Numbered from the stretch's first letter, positions 37,185 to 46,732 are shown. The stretch is DNA of 64,000 bases from an uncultured Thermoplasmata archaeon (GCA_963735185.1 CAVTJV010000007.1:1343009-1407008); one strand, 5' to 3'. Translations and numbers: made by a program. The notes: a model not told the origin generated them from the sequence alone.

Positions 37185-37547
37185 ATGATGAACGGCACCG
37201 CAGCCGACCACCCCTCGCCCCCATCAGGACCGCCTCCCCTGGTGTACCAGCCACCTCCGCCGTCCCTGGTCCCCCCACCAGCTCCGCCGGCGGCACGTTT
37301 GGCGATCGAGTTCCCGCGGTGGCTAGACCTCGGTATCTTTGCAATCGGAATCGGAGCTCTCCTCATCTTCATCGGGTTCATTTTTGGAGACGCCGCGTTC
37401 ACGCAGTACGGACCCGGCGGCTCTCTCACGAACTTCCAGGGTGACATGGAGACATTCTTCGTCCTGACGGGCGTAGGCCTCCTCCTCACCATCGGAGGAT
37501 GGCTGTTCCGTCTGGTCACGACCCTACGGCGTGCCCGTCTCCACTGA
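37185..37547 (+). CDS. Two-TM membrane protein with Pro-rich N-terminus (paralog A2)
   Basis: IGIGALLIFIGFIFGD and DMETFFVLTGVGLLLTIGGWLF match A1 (VGIGAIIIFLGFIFGG; DLEAFFVLTGFGILIAMGGWGF). I trimmed the start to the ATG at 37185. Confidence 0.6.
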   Translation: MMNGTAADHPSPPSGPPPLVYQPPPPSLVPPPAPPAARLAIEFPRWLDLGIFAIGIGALLIFIGFIFGDAAFTQYGPGGSLTNFQGDMETFFVLTGVGLLLTIGGWLFRLVTTLRRARLH

Positions 37548-37869
37548 AATAACCCGGAGCCACGGCGTGGGGACGGGTTTCGCTGCTCAACTGAGACCCC
37601 AGGCTGGCAGGCCGGTACTCCCCAGTCACCCGTCGTGATTTTGAGGTCTTCAAGCCGACCAGCCCTGCGCGCTCCTCGCGGTCGGCCGTCCAGGGTGCGT
37701 CGCTCTGGACACGCAAACGGACTCGGTGTAAGGAGTGGGGCGCGTTTCCTCGGGGAGAATGGTCTTCCTGGGCGTTCCAGGGCCGTTTCTCGAGGTGCGG
37801 TCGAGACTTGGGGGGTTACGGCCCTTAAGTATCCTGGACATGTCCAACAATGCGAGTGGATACAGACGC

Positions 37870-38535
37870 ATGAGGAAGGTCCTGATCCTGATGCACATGA
37901 CGCTGGACGGAGTTGCCGAGCTCCCCGACTACGGAGCGGAGCCCGACACGGCCCCAGAGGAACCGGATGATCCGATGTGGGATTCCCGCATGGAGTCCAT
38001 CGATACCCTCCTCCTGGGTCGTCGGACCTACGAATTGTGGGCGGGGTTCTGGCCCGGAAAGAAGAGCGACTCGTCCGCGTCGGCGTGGATGAAGAAGTTC
38101 TCCCGCTTCGCAGACGAGGCGGAGAAGGTCGTTTTTTCGAAGACGCTCCCGTCGGCGGACTGGCCGGGCTCAAGAATTGTCCGCGGCGACATCGTACAGG
38201 AGGTCGCCCGCCTCAAGGCCCAGCCGGGGAAGGACATGGCAGTGGGAGGACCCCGACTTGCTCAGTCGTTCCTCGCCGCAGACCTGGCCGATGAACTCCT
38301 CCTCGAGATCTTTCCCAGCATCGTGGGCCGGGGGAAGCCACTATTCCGTGTCGTCGGCGACCCCGATCATGGCGATGACATCGTCCCGCTCGGGGCCTCG
38401 GGGCGGCACGACTTCCATCTCGTGGAGTCGAGAGCCTTGAGAGATGGCACGCTCTTCGTAACCTACCGACGCGCGGATCGAGCCCGACCAACGCCGGATG
38501 CGGTGACTCCAACGCCTCTGAAGGGAAGGTCGTAG
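37870..38535 (+). CDS. RibD C-terminal domain / dihydrofolate-reductase-like family protein
   Basis: MRKVLILMHMTLDG, LLLGRRTYE, and GGPRLAQSFLAADLADELLLEIFPSIVGRGKPLF. Confidence 0.75.
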   Translation: MRKVLILMHMTLDGVAELPDYGAEPDTAPEEPDDPMWDSRMESIDTLLLGRRTYELWAGFWPGKKSDSSASAWMKKFSRFADEAEKVVFSKTLPSADWPGSRIVRGDIVQEVARLKAQPGKDMAVGGPRLAQSFLAADLADELLLEIFPSIVGRGKPLFRVVGDPDHGDDIVPLGASGRHDFHLVESRALRDGTLFVTYRRADRARPTPDAVTPTPLKGRS

Positions 38536-38578
38536 TGGGCTAAGCTCTTACCAGGCTGGGTTGTGTTCCAATGGGCTA

Positions 38579-38764
38579 ATGGCCAGGAAGTGTCCGACCT
38601 GCGGTAGGTCTGCGCGACCCAACGACCGATTCTGCGGTGCCTGCGGCCGACCCATCCCCAAAGGTTCGCGCGATGAGCCCTTGGTGTGCACGGACTGCGG
38701 CGCGGAAGTCGAGGACGAGAGCAATCGGTTCTGCACGAACTGCGGATCGAAGTTCGAGAACTGA
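38579..38764 (+). CDS. Double zinc-ribbon (DZR) small protein
   Basis: CPTCG...CGACG and CTDCG...CTNCG. Confidence 0.6.
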   Translation: MARKCPTCGRSARPNDRFCGACGRPIPKGSRDEPLVCTDCGAEVEDESNRFCTNCGSKFEN

Positions 38765-38916
38765 AGTCGGAAGGAGCGTCAGAGACTCGAACGTTGCGCC
38801 GGCCGCCTCTCCCCGCGAGCGGGTGTAACAGACGTTGCGACCATCTCTCGGCGGGCCGGCCTTAGAGATCGGTCGTGCCCGACGCGCACAGCCCGTCGAG
38901 ATTAGCCTGTGCGATT

Positions 38917-39162
38917 CTAGTGGCCGTGGACGTCATCCACGCGCCCGATCGGTGTGTTCTGCTTCCGGGCATAGCCACCCCGGGAGATCATCACGGCTCC
39001 GAGGACCAAGAAGACGAGGAAAAGGACCAACGCAAACACCCAGTAGCTTCGGCTCAAGTACAGCAAGTAGACCGCGAGGCCCAGCCCGACCAGGATGAGG
39101 AAGCCTCCGAACACCTTCATGAGGCCGCCCCCTTCATACTCCCCATACCCCATAGGAACCAC
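38917..39162 (-). CDS. Small two-TM membrane protein
   Basis: Two hydrophobic segments: FGGFLILVGLGLAVYLLYL and WVFALVLFLVFLVLGAVMI. Confidence 0.5.
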   Translation of the reverse strand: MVPMGYGEYEGGGLMKVFGGFLILVGLGLAVYLLYLSRSYWVFALVLFLVFLVLGAVMISRGGYARKQNTPIGRVDDVHGH

Positions 39163-39464
39163 TTCGATTCGAGACCTGGTCTTGCATACATATACACAAA
39201 CTTAACCCGGTTTCAGGACGAATGCCATATCGTCGTAGCAATCGTCTCCCGCTCCGGTTTGCGTGGTCCGACCTGGAGCAGGTAAGGCAGGGGTTAGGAG
39301 GTTGCAAGGGTCTCTATCACTGTTGATCCCTCGGACCACCAGTCAAGTGTGTAACAACTGCTGCACCACCACGGGCTCTCGGTAAGGTTAGGCTCTCCAC
39401 CGACGAGCAGGGATCCTGCGGGATTCCAGACCTTTAAGCTCATGGAGTCGCATCCTAACTCAGG

Positions 39465-39971
39465 ATGGGTGGCGTTCGGCCGGCTCGGAACTACTTCATA
39501 CTCCGCGAGCCGCGCACGGCAGCCAAGGCTCTTCGGGTGAGTGTGATTTGGGTCGTCATCGGCGTCTTCATGGCGACGGCCGACGCGCTTTCCCCGCAAA
39601 CGTTCGTCCAAGTTTCCGCGTGGCTGGCGCTCTTCTTCATGGGGGTCCTGCTCACGTTCTGGGCCCTGTTCAGCCTCTCCCGAGCGGCGGCCGCGACGGG
39701 GGCCTTGATCGGTACCTTCCTCGGCCCCTACAGCTTGACCTGGCAGCTCTGGGTTACCTACGTCAAGCGCTGGAACGCCTTCTTCCCCGTCCGTCTGTTT
39801 CCCTTCACGATCGTCCTCGACGCGGTCGAGTGGTATGCGATGATGGCTTTCGGCTTCATTCTGTTCGGCGCGTCGATCGCGGTTCTGGTCCACCTCTCCC
39901 GGCCTCGACCGACTTTCATTCGCGTCCATCATGACTCAGGGGAAGCCTATCGGGTCGGCGACCCACCGTAA
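39465..39971 (+). CDS. Hypothetical multi-TM membrane protein
   Basis: Four hydrophobic segments. No family recognised. Confidence 0.5.
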   Translation: MGGVRPARNYFILREPRTAAKALRVSVIWVVIGVFMATADALSPQTFVQVSAWLALFFMGVLLTFWALFSLSRAAAATGALIGTFLGPYSLTWQLWVTYVKRWNAFFPVRLFPFTIVLDAVEWYAMMAFGFILFGASIAVLVHLSRPRPTFIRVHHDSGEAYRVGDPP

Positions 39972-40070
39972 TCTCAGCATTGTGTCGGCCTGCGCTTGCG
40001 GTCTTTGCGCAAGTGGAGTTGCGACAGCTCAAATGCGTGGAATCCGCCTTACACCCTCCAGCCGCGAGCG

Positions 40071-40145
40071 CAGTTACTGTTGCACCCACGTTGTCGAATG
40101 GGTCACTGAACCCCCCCCATAGACAACCCCCTCCTCAGAAAACCG
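40071..40145 (+). repeat. Dispersed repeat, family 1, copy B
   Basis: GTTGCACCC at 40079-40087, a 20-nt spacer, GAA+C8 at 40108-40118, TAGACAACCCCCTCC at 40120-40134, then tcAGAAAACCG. Confidence 0.75.
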
Positions 40146-41366
40146 TCAGTGCAATCGAGGAGGACTCGTCTCCACCGGCAAAGGACCCCTTACGGACTGA
40201 GTAGAGGAGCGCTTCTCGAACGCGCGTGCACTACCGAGCGTGTGGACTGTTACGTTAACCCTCTCTGTAATGCTGGGCGGCTGTGCGGCGAGCTGGCGAA
40301 CTATGGCCTCTAGGGCGCGGGGTACCCAAGGCAAGCCCAGGGTGCCATCGGCAAACCCCTCAGCGGATGATGCCAATCCAGAACAGCACGACGGCTACGA
40401 CCACGATAACGACGATCCAACCGAGCACTCCCATGGTCGCTGCACACATGGTCCCCACATGAAGCGGTCCTGAATCTGAATTGAGAAGCCGGGAGAGTGG
40501 CGCTTCTCGTCGTTGGTCCCGCAAGTTCACAGACCCATGGCGCAGGCCAAGTCGACTTCCCTAAACGGACGGACCCCTTTCCGAACGCAAGAATCGACCC
40601 GAACCCGAGGGAGGGATCACAGGAGCGTTCTCGCCCCCGGGTCCTTCTCGAACGGCGCGCGGTCGTTAGCCGACCGCGAGGAGAGCGCGGGCCACCTCGA
40701 GGCGGGAGCGAGGATCAATGTGGCGGTCCGTTCGCCCACACAGGGTCACGCGGGGACCCCGCCCACAACGTCAAGAGACGCGCGTGATACGGACGAGGTC
40801 AGGCTGGGAGATCACCGAGAGGGGGGACTGCCGGAGCTCGGTCTCCTCGGTCCTTGCGGCGGGTCTGGACCGGGAGAACGATTCTCGCCGTCGTCGGACC
40901 TCCGTAGGGACGCTGCATCCCCCTGGGGCATGGAATCTTCAGCGATCAGCGCGGGCAGAAACGCGAGAATGGGAGGGGCTTCACTCCTCGATCGCATGGC
41001 GCACCTTCAACCGGAACTGTGGCTGGAGCGAGATTGATAAACGGAAGCTTGATGGAGATTAAGCTCCCAGAGAACCACGCGCGTTTGTTATACAAAATCA
41101 CCCGGTTGTTATACATACTTCATTTCGCACCTTCGGCCGGCGGACATTCGACCCACGTGAGGTGACCTTTCCCTCGCGAGTGCTAATCTCAACGCGACCG
41201 CACACCAATTCAGAATGAAGACGGGCCTTTGGTCGCACCGAGGGGGGAATGGGCATGAAGCACGCATCAGATGTCTAGCCGGTGCCTTCGTTGCGGTCCT
41301 GATTGCAATCGTATGGTCTGACAACCACCCATTTTCGGATGAGCGTAGCAGGCGCGAGCCCTAGGT

Positions 41367-41470
41367 GCGACCAACCTTGGACGCGTCCGCCTGTGGGCGC
41401 ACCAACGGTTGCACCCGCTTTGGCGGACGGGCCGCTGTACCCCCCCTTAGAGAACCCCCTCCCTAGGAAT
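41367..41470 (+). repeat. Dispersed repeat, family 1, copy C, with extended 5' head
   Basis: The head GCGACCAACCTTGGACGCGTCCGCCTGTGGGCGCACCAACGGTTGCACCC (41367-41416) is about 76% identical to 44305-44352. It is followed by a 20-nt spacer, GTA+C7 (41437-41446), TTAGAGAACCCCCTCCC (41447-41463) and tAGGAATCGG. The tail is homologous to copy A up to about 41525. Confidence 0.75.
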
Positions 41471-41647
41471 CGGTCCGTGCAGTCGGACCCTTGCGTTCCA
41501 TGATGAAACAGGCCCGTTGATGGAGGGCGCGAGCGTTCGATGACGGACCGCAATCAGCTCGCGGGACGAGGATCGACCGCGAGGAGCGCGCCGGTTCCAG
41601 TGAAGGACAGCCGCATCCCCCAACTGGGAATCTACTCGATGATCGTG

Positions 41648-42229
41648 TCACGTCGGGCTCGGCGTTGGAGATAGGCCCACCAAATCCAGAATCTCGTCAT
41701 GCGAGCGGGCGATTGAAGCGCGACCCACCTTTCGCGGGTCCACGAACTCGAGATCAGTCCACGGAGGAGCCGGTTTCACGTCGGTGGGCAGTAGTTGACC
41801 GGTGAAGACCAGCTCGAGGTCCCAATGTCCCTTCGCGCCCGGGAATCGGCGCGGGGTCCCCACCTCCGAGAAAAGGCGAGGCCCATCGAGCGGCAGGTTG
41901 GGAGAGAGTTGCAGCTGCTCCGTCAGGATCCGTCGGGCCGCATCCGGGGGACTCTCGCCGTAGATGAGGTGGGATGAAGGAAGCATCCATCGATGGCTAT
42001 GGACCTCGACTCGCGACGGGTCGAGCGCCCCAATATGGTCCCATGGAGCCCGAGGGTCCAGATGACCCATCAGCACGCGCCATGGGTCGTATGAGTCGTG
42101 AAGCACCAGAAACGCCGAGATGCAGAACCCGTCCGGCGGGATTTCGGTCACGGAGAAGGAGGCCGTCTCCGGCGACCGATTGAACCGACAGAATCGACGG
42201 TCCGTAATCACGTTTACCCGATGCTCCAA
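41648..42229 (-). CDS. Nudix-fold protein with degenerate Nudix box
   Basis: LPSSHLIYGESPPDAARRILTEQLQL aligns to GX5EX7REUXEEXGU, but the REx2EE glutamates are not all conserved. Confidence 0.45.
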   Translation of the reverse strand: MEHRVNVITDRRFCRFNRSPETASFSVTEIPPDGFCISAFLVLHDSYDPWRVLMGHLDPRAPWDHIGALDPSRVEVHSHRWMLPSSHLIYGESPPDAARRILTEQLQLSPNLPLDGPRLFSEVGTPRRFPGAKGHWDLELVFTGQLLPTDVKPAPPWTDLEFVDPRKVGRASIARSHDEILDLVGLSPTPSPT

Positions 42230-42456
42230 CCAGACTTAACCGATGGTCGTCGAAACCCCCGCCGCGCAGGCTTCATGGAGTACACGCGAGGCCGATGACG
42301 GAACAACGATTAGCCTGACGGGCCACGAGGAGGACGACGCGTTCTCCGGAAACCCACCGCTTTCTATAACGCCCCATTCGACTCGAGCTTTGCGTTGGGG
42401 CTCGTCGTTCTTCTCCGTAACGACGTGAGGCTATTTCTCCCTGATAGGGGCAGCTG

Positions 42457-43542
42457 TTACGTCCGGGTCATCATGCGCGACGTGGGCCCCCCGGGACCCG
42501 CGGGCCCCTCGTTGATCACGGCCACCGGATGCATCTGGACGATAGCCTCACAGACGTCGTGGATATGGATCAGGTAGTTCCCGGTCGGCAAGGGAGCCCC
42601 GCTCCGATAGGAAAGGGGAACCGTGGCGTTGAAGACCGTCGCGTGGGCGCTGGTGTTCTCCCAAATCGACTGAATCTCCGTCCCGTTGTTGGGGTATTCC
42701 AACACGGTCCGGAACGAGGTGCTATTGACGAACCCGTTGAGCTCCAGGTTGAAGATCGTTCCGGCAGCCACCGGCGAGGCGGTGGTGGACACCACACCCA
42801 CGTAGGGGGCCGGGTAGAAGATGCTGGGTAGGTAAGGGGAGGTCGCATTCTTCGACGGCACGGACCATGCCCCACTCTGGACCGGTCCGCCTTTTTCCGG
42901 GACGAAGCTCCAGAGCCAACGGAACTCGAGCGTCAGAGATCCGGAAGTGGCGTTGGCCATCACCGCATACTTTGAGGTCGTCAAAAAGGCGCTGGCCGCG
43001 GAGAAATACTCCTCGGAGGTGAGCTTCTTGGTCCCGCTCAAGAGGGTAGGCGTGGACCACCCGTTTCCGGCGACGGTTACATGCTTGGCCGGGAGGGTCA
43101 GCGAGAGGCTGCCCGCGGGCGTTGTCGGCAGCACGGCCTTGGTGGCCGGGAGATACACGCTAGTTCCGAGGTCGGAGTTGGCGTACCCGACCACTTGAAA
43201 CTCGTAGGTGACCGTGAGGGTTGCCCCCGATGGCATGACGAGCGTCGGGTTCTGAACGGGGATGTCGAGAGCCCCGGGGCTCGGGTTGTTGGGATTGCAC
43301 GTCCCTGTGTTCCACGGCGGGATCGACGCGCTCAGGGCAAGCCCCGAATGGGCAACCGGCATGGGGAGGATCAGCGAGGGAACAAACAGGACTCCCACCA
43401 GCAGTACCACCACAATTCCCGTGAGTCCGAAAAGGAGGGGACGTCGCGAGCCTTGGGAAAGGGCTCTCGATGCGTCCGATCGCAGGGGGATCATGGATCT
43501 GCTATCTCCTTGGGCCGAAGGGCAGCGTGACCCCACCGACAC
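42457..43542 (-). CDS. Hypothetical membrane-anchored extracellular protein (361 aa)
   Basis: N-terminal anchor LLFGLTGIVVVLLVGVLFVPSLIL, then a T/S/N/G-rich, beta-like ectodomain with N-x-S/T sites. An alternative start is at 43494. Confidence 0.55.
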   Translation of the reverse strand: MSVGSRCPSAQGDSRSMIPLRSDASRALSQGSRRPLLFGLTGIVVVLLVGVLFVPSLILPMPVAHSGLALSASIPPWNTGTCNPNNPSPGALDIPVQNPTLVMPSGATLTVTYEFQVVGYANSDLGTSVYLPATKAVLPTTPAGSLSLTLPAKHVTVAGNGWSTPTLLSGTKKLTSEEYFSAASAFLTTSKYAVMANATSGSLTLEFRWLWSFVPEKGGPVQSGAWSVPSKNATSPYLPSIFYPAPYVGVVSTTASPVAAGTIFNLELNGFVNSTSFRTVLEYPNNGTEIQSIWENTSAHATVFNATVPLSYRSGAPLPTGNYLIHIHDVCEAIVQMHPVAVINEGPAGPGGPTSRMMTRT

Positions 43543-43928
43543 TTATGGTTACGCATCAACCCTTGGATGTGCCGACCTTCGTCCCTTGTCCCAATGCCTT
43601 GCGGAGTTCCTACGAGGTGCCGCACTTCCCATCGGTACTGGCCCCGGGCGCGCACTTCAGGACCAACATAGGATAGCTCCCCATTCGGTTCTTCGCCACT
43701 AGCCATCATGGTGCGAAGTGCCTTCCCATCCCCCGTGACGCGTCAGCGGGACTGGTTCCGGCATTGAAAAGGGACCCCTTTCCAAACGGGGGTGGCGAGC
43801 TCGACCTCGAATAGCTGCGATGGTCATTGCAGCCACAGCGCGGAACGCGGGATTGGCCTCGCATCCCGGTGGAGGCAACTCCGACCGACCTTCAGCTGGA
43901 AGGGGATCTCGCTGATTGGAATGAGGGA

Positions 43929-44243
43929 TCAGCTACCGCGCCTTCCCGACGTCTTGACTCTTCGCTGCAGGGATTCCTTCTCGGACCGAAGGATCTCCTT
44001 CAATCCGTTGACATTTTCCCGAAGGTACGCCAGATCCGAGTGGAACAACCTCACCCCCTTGCTCAACCGCGTGGAACCCTGCGACTTCAGCCGTTGTTCC
44101 AGCTGCTTAACGTGCTGTAGCAAGGGGTCGACCCTGAGCTTTGTCCAGTCGGTCTGGGAGTGGAGTGCGGAGAATTCCGCCTTCAGCTTCACTCGAGCCT
44201 TTCTCTGTTTGGGGATGTCGGCTTTGTAGACCCTGTCTACCAA
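43929..44243 (-). CDS. Small alpha-helical hypothetical protein (paralog B2, 104 aa; TTG start)
   Basis: Paralog of 35045..35350, with a conserved leader GGGGC(A/C)GGGGC(A/G)AA(T/C)TCG immediately 5' of the start. Confidence 0.6.
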   Translation of the reverse strand: MVDRVYKADIPKQRKARVKLKAEFSALHSQTDWTKLRVDPLLQHVKQLEQRLKSQGSTRLSKGVRLFHSDLAYLRENVNGLKEILRSEKESLQRRVKTSGRRGS

Positions 44244-44304
44244 CGAATTTGCCCCTGCCCCTGATCGAATCGCTTCGTTTCATCCTGACCGGCTCGCCTG
44301 GGCA

Positions 44305-44375
44305 GAATCAACTTTAGACGTGTCCGCCTGTGGACGAACCAACTGTTGCACATTCACCCCCCGAGAAGTGTCCCT
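44305..44375 (+). repeat. Dispersed repeat, family 1, truncated copy F
   Basis: GAATCAACTTTAGACGTGTCCGCCTGTGGACGAACCAACTGTTGCACA (44305-44352), then CACCCCCCGAGAAGTGTCCCTC. It lacks the 20-nt spacer, and it abuts or overlaps the stop codon of 44375..44956. Confidence 0.6.
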
Positions 44376-44956
44376 CAACGGACAAACTGTGCGACAGGCA
44401 TGCGCCGGAGGAAGTCCTCGATAGGAGATGCCGGTCCCGGAACCCGCCATTCTATGACTTTCTCAACTCCATGACGAAACTGCATACCCCCTATCGCTGT
44501 ACTCCGGATTCCATCCGCCGTCGCCGTGATGGCGAGAGCACACATATCCGGATCCGAAGGGAGGGCGTGCACCTTACCGACATGGACAGAGACGATTGCG
44601 GAGATGTCGAATTCCCATGCAGGCGGCTCGGCCGGGGCGACCCAAGTTCCGCTCAATTCGCGAGTCCGGGATAGCGCGGGCAGCGAGGCCTTCCATTCCT
44701 TGTAAATGCGCGTGCTCGGGAAGAACTGGTGCGGACCAATCCATAGAACCAACACTCGTTGGTCCGTGATCACGATCCGAACCGGGCCGAATCCTAACTC
44801 CCAACTGAAGGCCATCGGAATGTCCCCGAGCAGGAGTTCATTCACGGCGAATGGTTGCGGCGGAACGAGAACCAGCGAAGAACCGCAGGACTGGCAGAAC
44901 GCGGCTCCCGGGACCGATCGAGCTCCGCACTTCGGACAGTTGGGGGTCACGTTCAC
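44375..44956 (-). CDS. Zinc-ribbon + PH-like domain protein
   Basis: CPKCG...CQSCG followed by VRIVITDQRVLVLWIG, a bacterial-PH/GRAM-like pattern. GTG start proposed at 44956. The track ORF extends to 45181 through junk-like R/G/P sequence. Confidence 0.5.
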   Translation of the reverse strand: MNVTPNCPKCGARSVPGAAFCQSCGSSLVLVPPQPFAVNELLLGDIPMAFSWELGFGPVRIVITDQRVLVLWIGPHQFFPSTRIYKEWKASLPALSRTRELSGTWVAPAEPPAWEFDISAIVSVHVGKVHALPSDPDMCALAITATADGIRSTAIGGMQFRHGVEKVIEWRVPGPASPIEDFLRRMPVAQFVR

Positions 44957-45389
44957 TCGATAGTCACAAGGATTAAAGGAGTGGTTCCGAGGTCCGTCAA
45001 ACTCTGGCGCCAGTGAGTGTAATTGAGACTCACACCCTCGTCCTCGTGGGTGCAATAGCACCTGCGACGCTTCTGCTCGCCCGGGGCGGAATGCATAGGC
45101 GCAGCACCTACTGGACCCCGTGCTCGGAAAGGACATTCCCAGCCTCTGCGGCCGGTCCCATGGTCCACGGGTTCTCCTCAATTCTCGTCAAGGCGGGCCT
45201 TAACCGTACCGTGCCGCTCGTCGACTCCGCTAACGGTGGACTTGAGATGAGAAACTACGAGCAGAGGTCGAGGATCAGATACGTGACCAACGATTTCATC
45301 CCTGGCACGGACGTGCTGGCTGTCGACAGAAAGGAAGGCGATTGGGCCGTGTCTCCGGCCCCCAGGCGATTCATGCCGGAGGTCCGACC

Positions 45390-45560
45390 ATGAGTGCAGA
45401 AGGTGCGGCGCGGTCAATTCTCAGTGTGATCTGCCTGGTGATCGGGATCGTATTCCTCATCTTCGCGGCGGTTGACTTCCTGGAGGGATTCGGGTTGCTC
45501 TACTGTGTGATCCTAGTGATCCTCGGCGTTGTGTTTCTTGCCATTTCCGGGCGCTTCTAG
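45390..45560 (+). CDS. Small two-TM membrane protein (56 aa)
   Basis: SILSVICLVIGIVFLIFAAV and LLYCVILVILGVVFLAI. Confidence 0.45.
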   Translation: MSAEGAARSILSVICLVIGIVFLIFAAVDFLEGFGLLYCVILVILGVVFLAISGRF

Positions 45561-45707
45561 CGGACCCAACGCCCGGAACCATTTCTCGCGTGGGTGCGTT
45601 TGACATCTCGACGCGGGGGCGCTGCTCACTTGTGAGGACCTTGAGCTCCCCAGATTTTCGGAAATCACCTCGGAAACGCTTATCTGGCATCCTTGGCGCC
45701 CCCGCGC

Positions 45708-46022
45708 ATGCGGTATCTCGTCAAAGGAGTCGTACCTGCGGACGTCGGCAACAAGCTAGATGCATCGGGGGGTCCAGGCAAGCTCCTGAGCTACGTGAAT
45801 GCCCGATTCAAGCCCGAATGCGCGTACGCGAACTACGAGAAGCGCGAGATCATTTACGTGGTGGACTTCGAAACCCCCGCGAAGCAGGCCGAGTTCATGA
45901 TCCTGTGGTCCCGGTGGTTCGGGAACTACGCCGAGATGACTCCGGTCCACCCCATGTCGGAGACCCCTAAGGTTGTCGAAGAGGCGATCGGCCACCTGAG
46001 CAAGGCTCCTCAGTGGCCCTAA
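45708..46022 (+). CDS. Hypothetical small protein (104 aa)
   Basis: MRYLVKGVVPADVGNKL...EIIYVVDFETPAKQAEFMILWSRWF has alpha/beta-like composition. No family assigned. Confidence 0.45.
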   Translation: MRYLVKGVVPADVGNKLDASGGPGKLLSYVNARFKPECAYANYEKREIIYVVDFETPAKQAEFMILWSRWFGNYAEMTPVHPMSETPKVVEEAIGHLSKAPQWP

Positions 46023-46270
46023 GGTCCTGACGACTGGTATCCTCCAAGTCACGAGGTACGACTACCCAGGTCGGCGGGCATCCCTGCCGACCTGCGCCCG
46101 AGTGCACCCGGGTCTCCACTGAGGAGCAGTGCGTGCAACGGGCCGTACACATTCAGGGTAGGCCGCGACAGCGAGAGCAATGCGGGTCACGCCTACGAGG
46201 TGGGCCGCGGTAGAACGCGCAATTGGTACTTGCGCAGACTCAGTCGCGCCCCTCCGGAAAAGGGTGCCTT

Positions 46271-46732
46271 TCAGGAGCGCCGGCCGAACTCCCACCCCTT
46301 CTTGTCGATTACGTCGAAAAGGTTCCCGTCGGGATCGGCCAACGTAACGAAGTCGTACCCCATTTCCGCGGCCTTCTTCAACTTCGCCCCCAGTCGAATG
46401 AGTCGCTGAACCTCTTCCTCTCGGGCGGAAGAATAGAGGTCCAGATGGATTCGGTAGTCGCCCAAGGGTCGTTCAGGAGTCAAGTTCAGCGAAAGGTTGG
46501 GACCCCGGCTCCCAGGATCCTTCAGGACGACCCCGTCCGGCTCCGGGGGATCTCTCGGGACGTAGTGAAGTGCTTCTTGCCAGAAGGCGATCATTCGCGG
46601 GAGATCCGTGCAGTCTACAACAATCGAGCCGATCCAAATCTCGCCCGGCCTTGTCGCGGTCATCGTGGGAGGGAGGTCAAGAAGCTGTTTAGATTCGACG
46701 GTCGCGACCCTCGGAGTCCGCGCTTCAGCCAC
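46271..46732 (-). CDS. VOC family (glyoxalase-like domain) protein
   Basis: IGSIVVDCTDLPRMIAFWQEALHY, IHLDLY, and ADPDGNLFDVI. Confidence 0.7.
   Translation of the reverse strand: MAEARTPRVATVESKQLLDLPPTMTATRPGEIWIGSIVVDCTDLPRMIAFWQEALHYVPRDPPEPDGVVLKDPGSRGPNLSLNLTPERPLGDYRIHLDLYSSAREEEVQRLIRLGAKLKKAAEMGYDFVTLADPDGNLFDVIDKKGWEFGRRS

Noticed and set aside
40690-41000. Degraded PIN/VapC toxin gene on the minus strand
   Set aside because: Only short, weak motif-like fragments are spread across three frames. I could find no N-terminal acidic PIN motif and no credible antitoxin ORF upstream. It is mentioned within the gene-poor-region finding but not annotated.
44957-45181. N-terminal 75 aa of ORF 44375..45181
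   Set aside because: This part is Arg/Gly/Pro/Cys-rich and overlaps a GGTGCAAT...CTGCGAC dyad motif. The zinc ribbon begins right after a GTG at 44956, so I shortened the gene.
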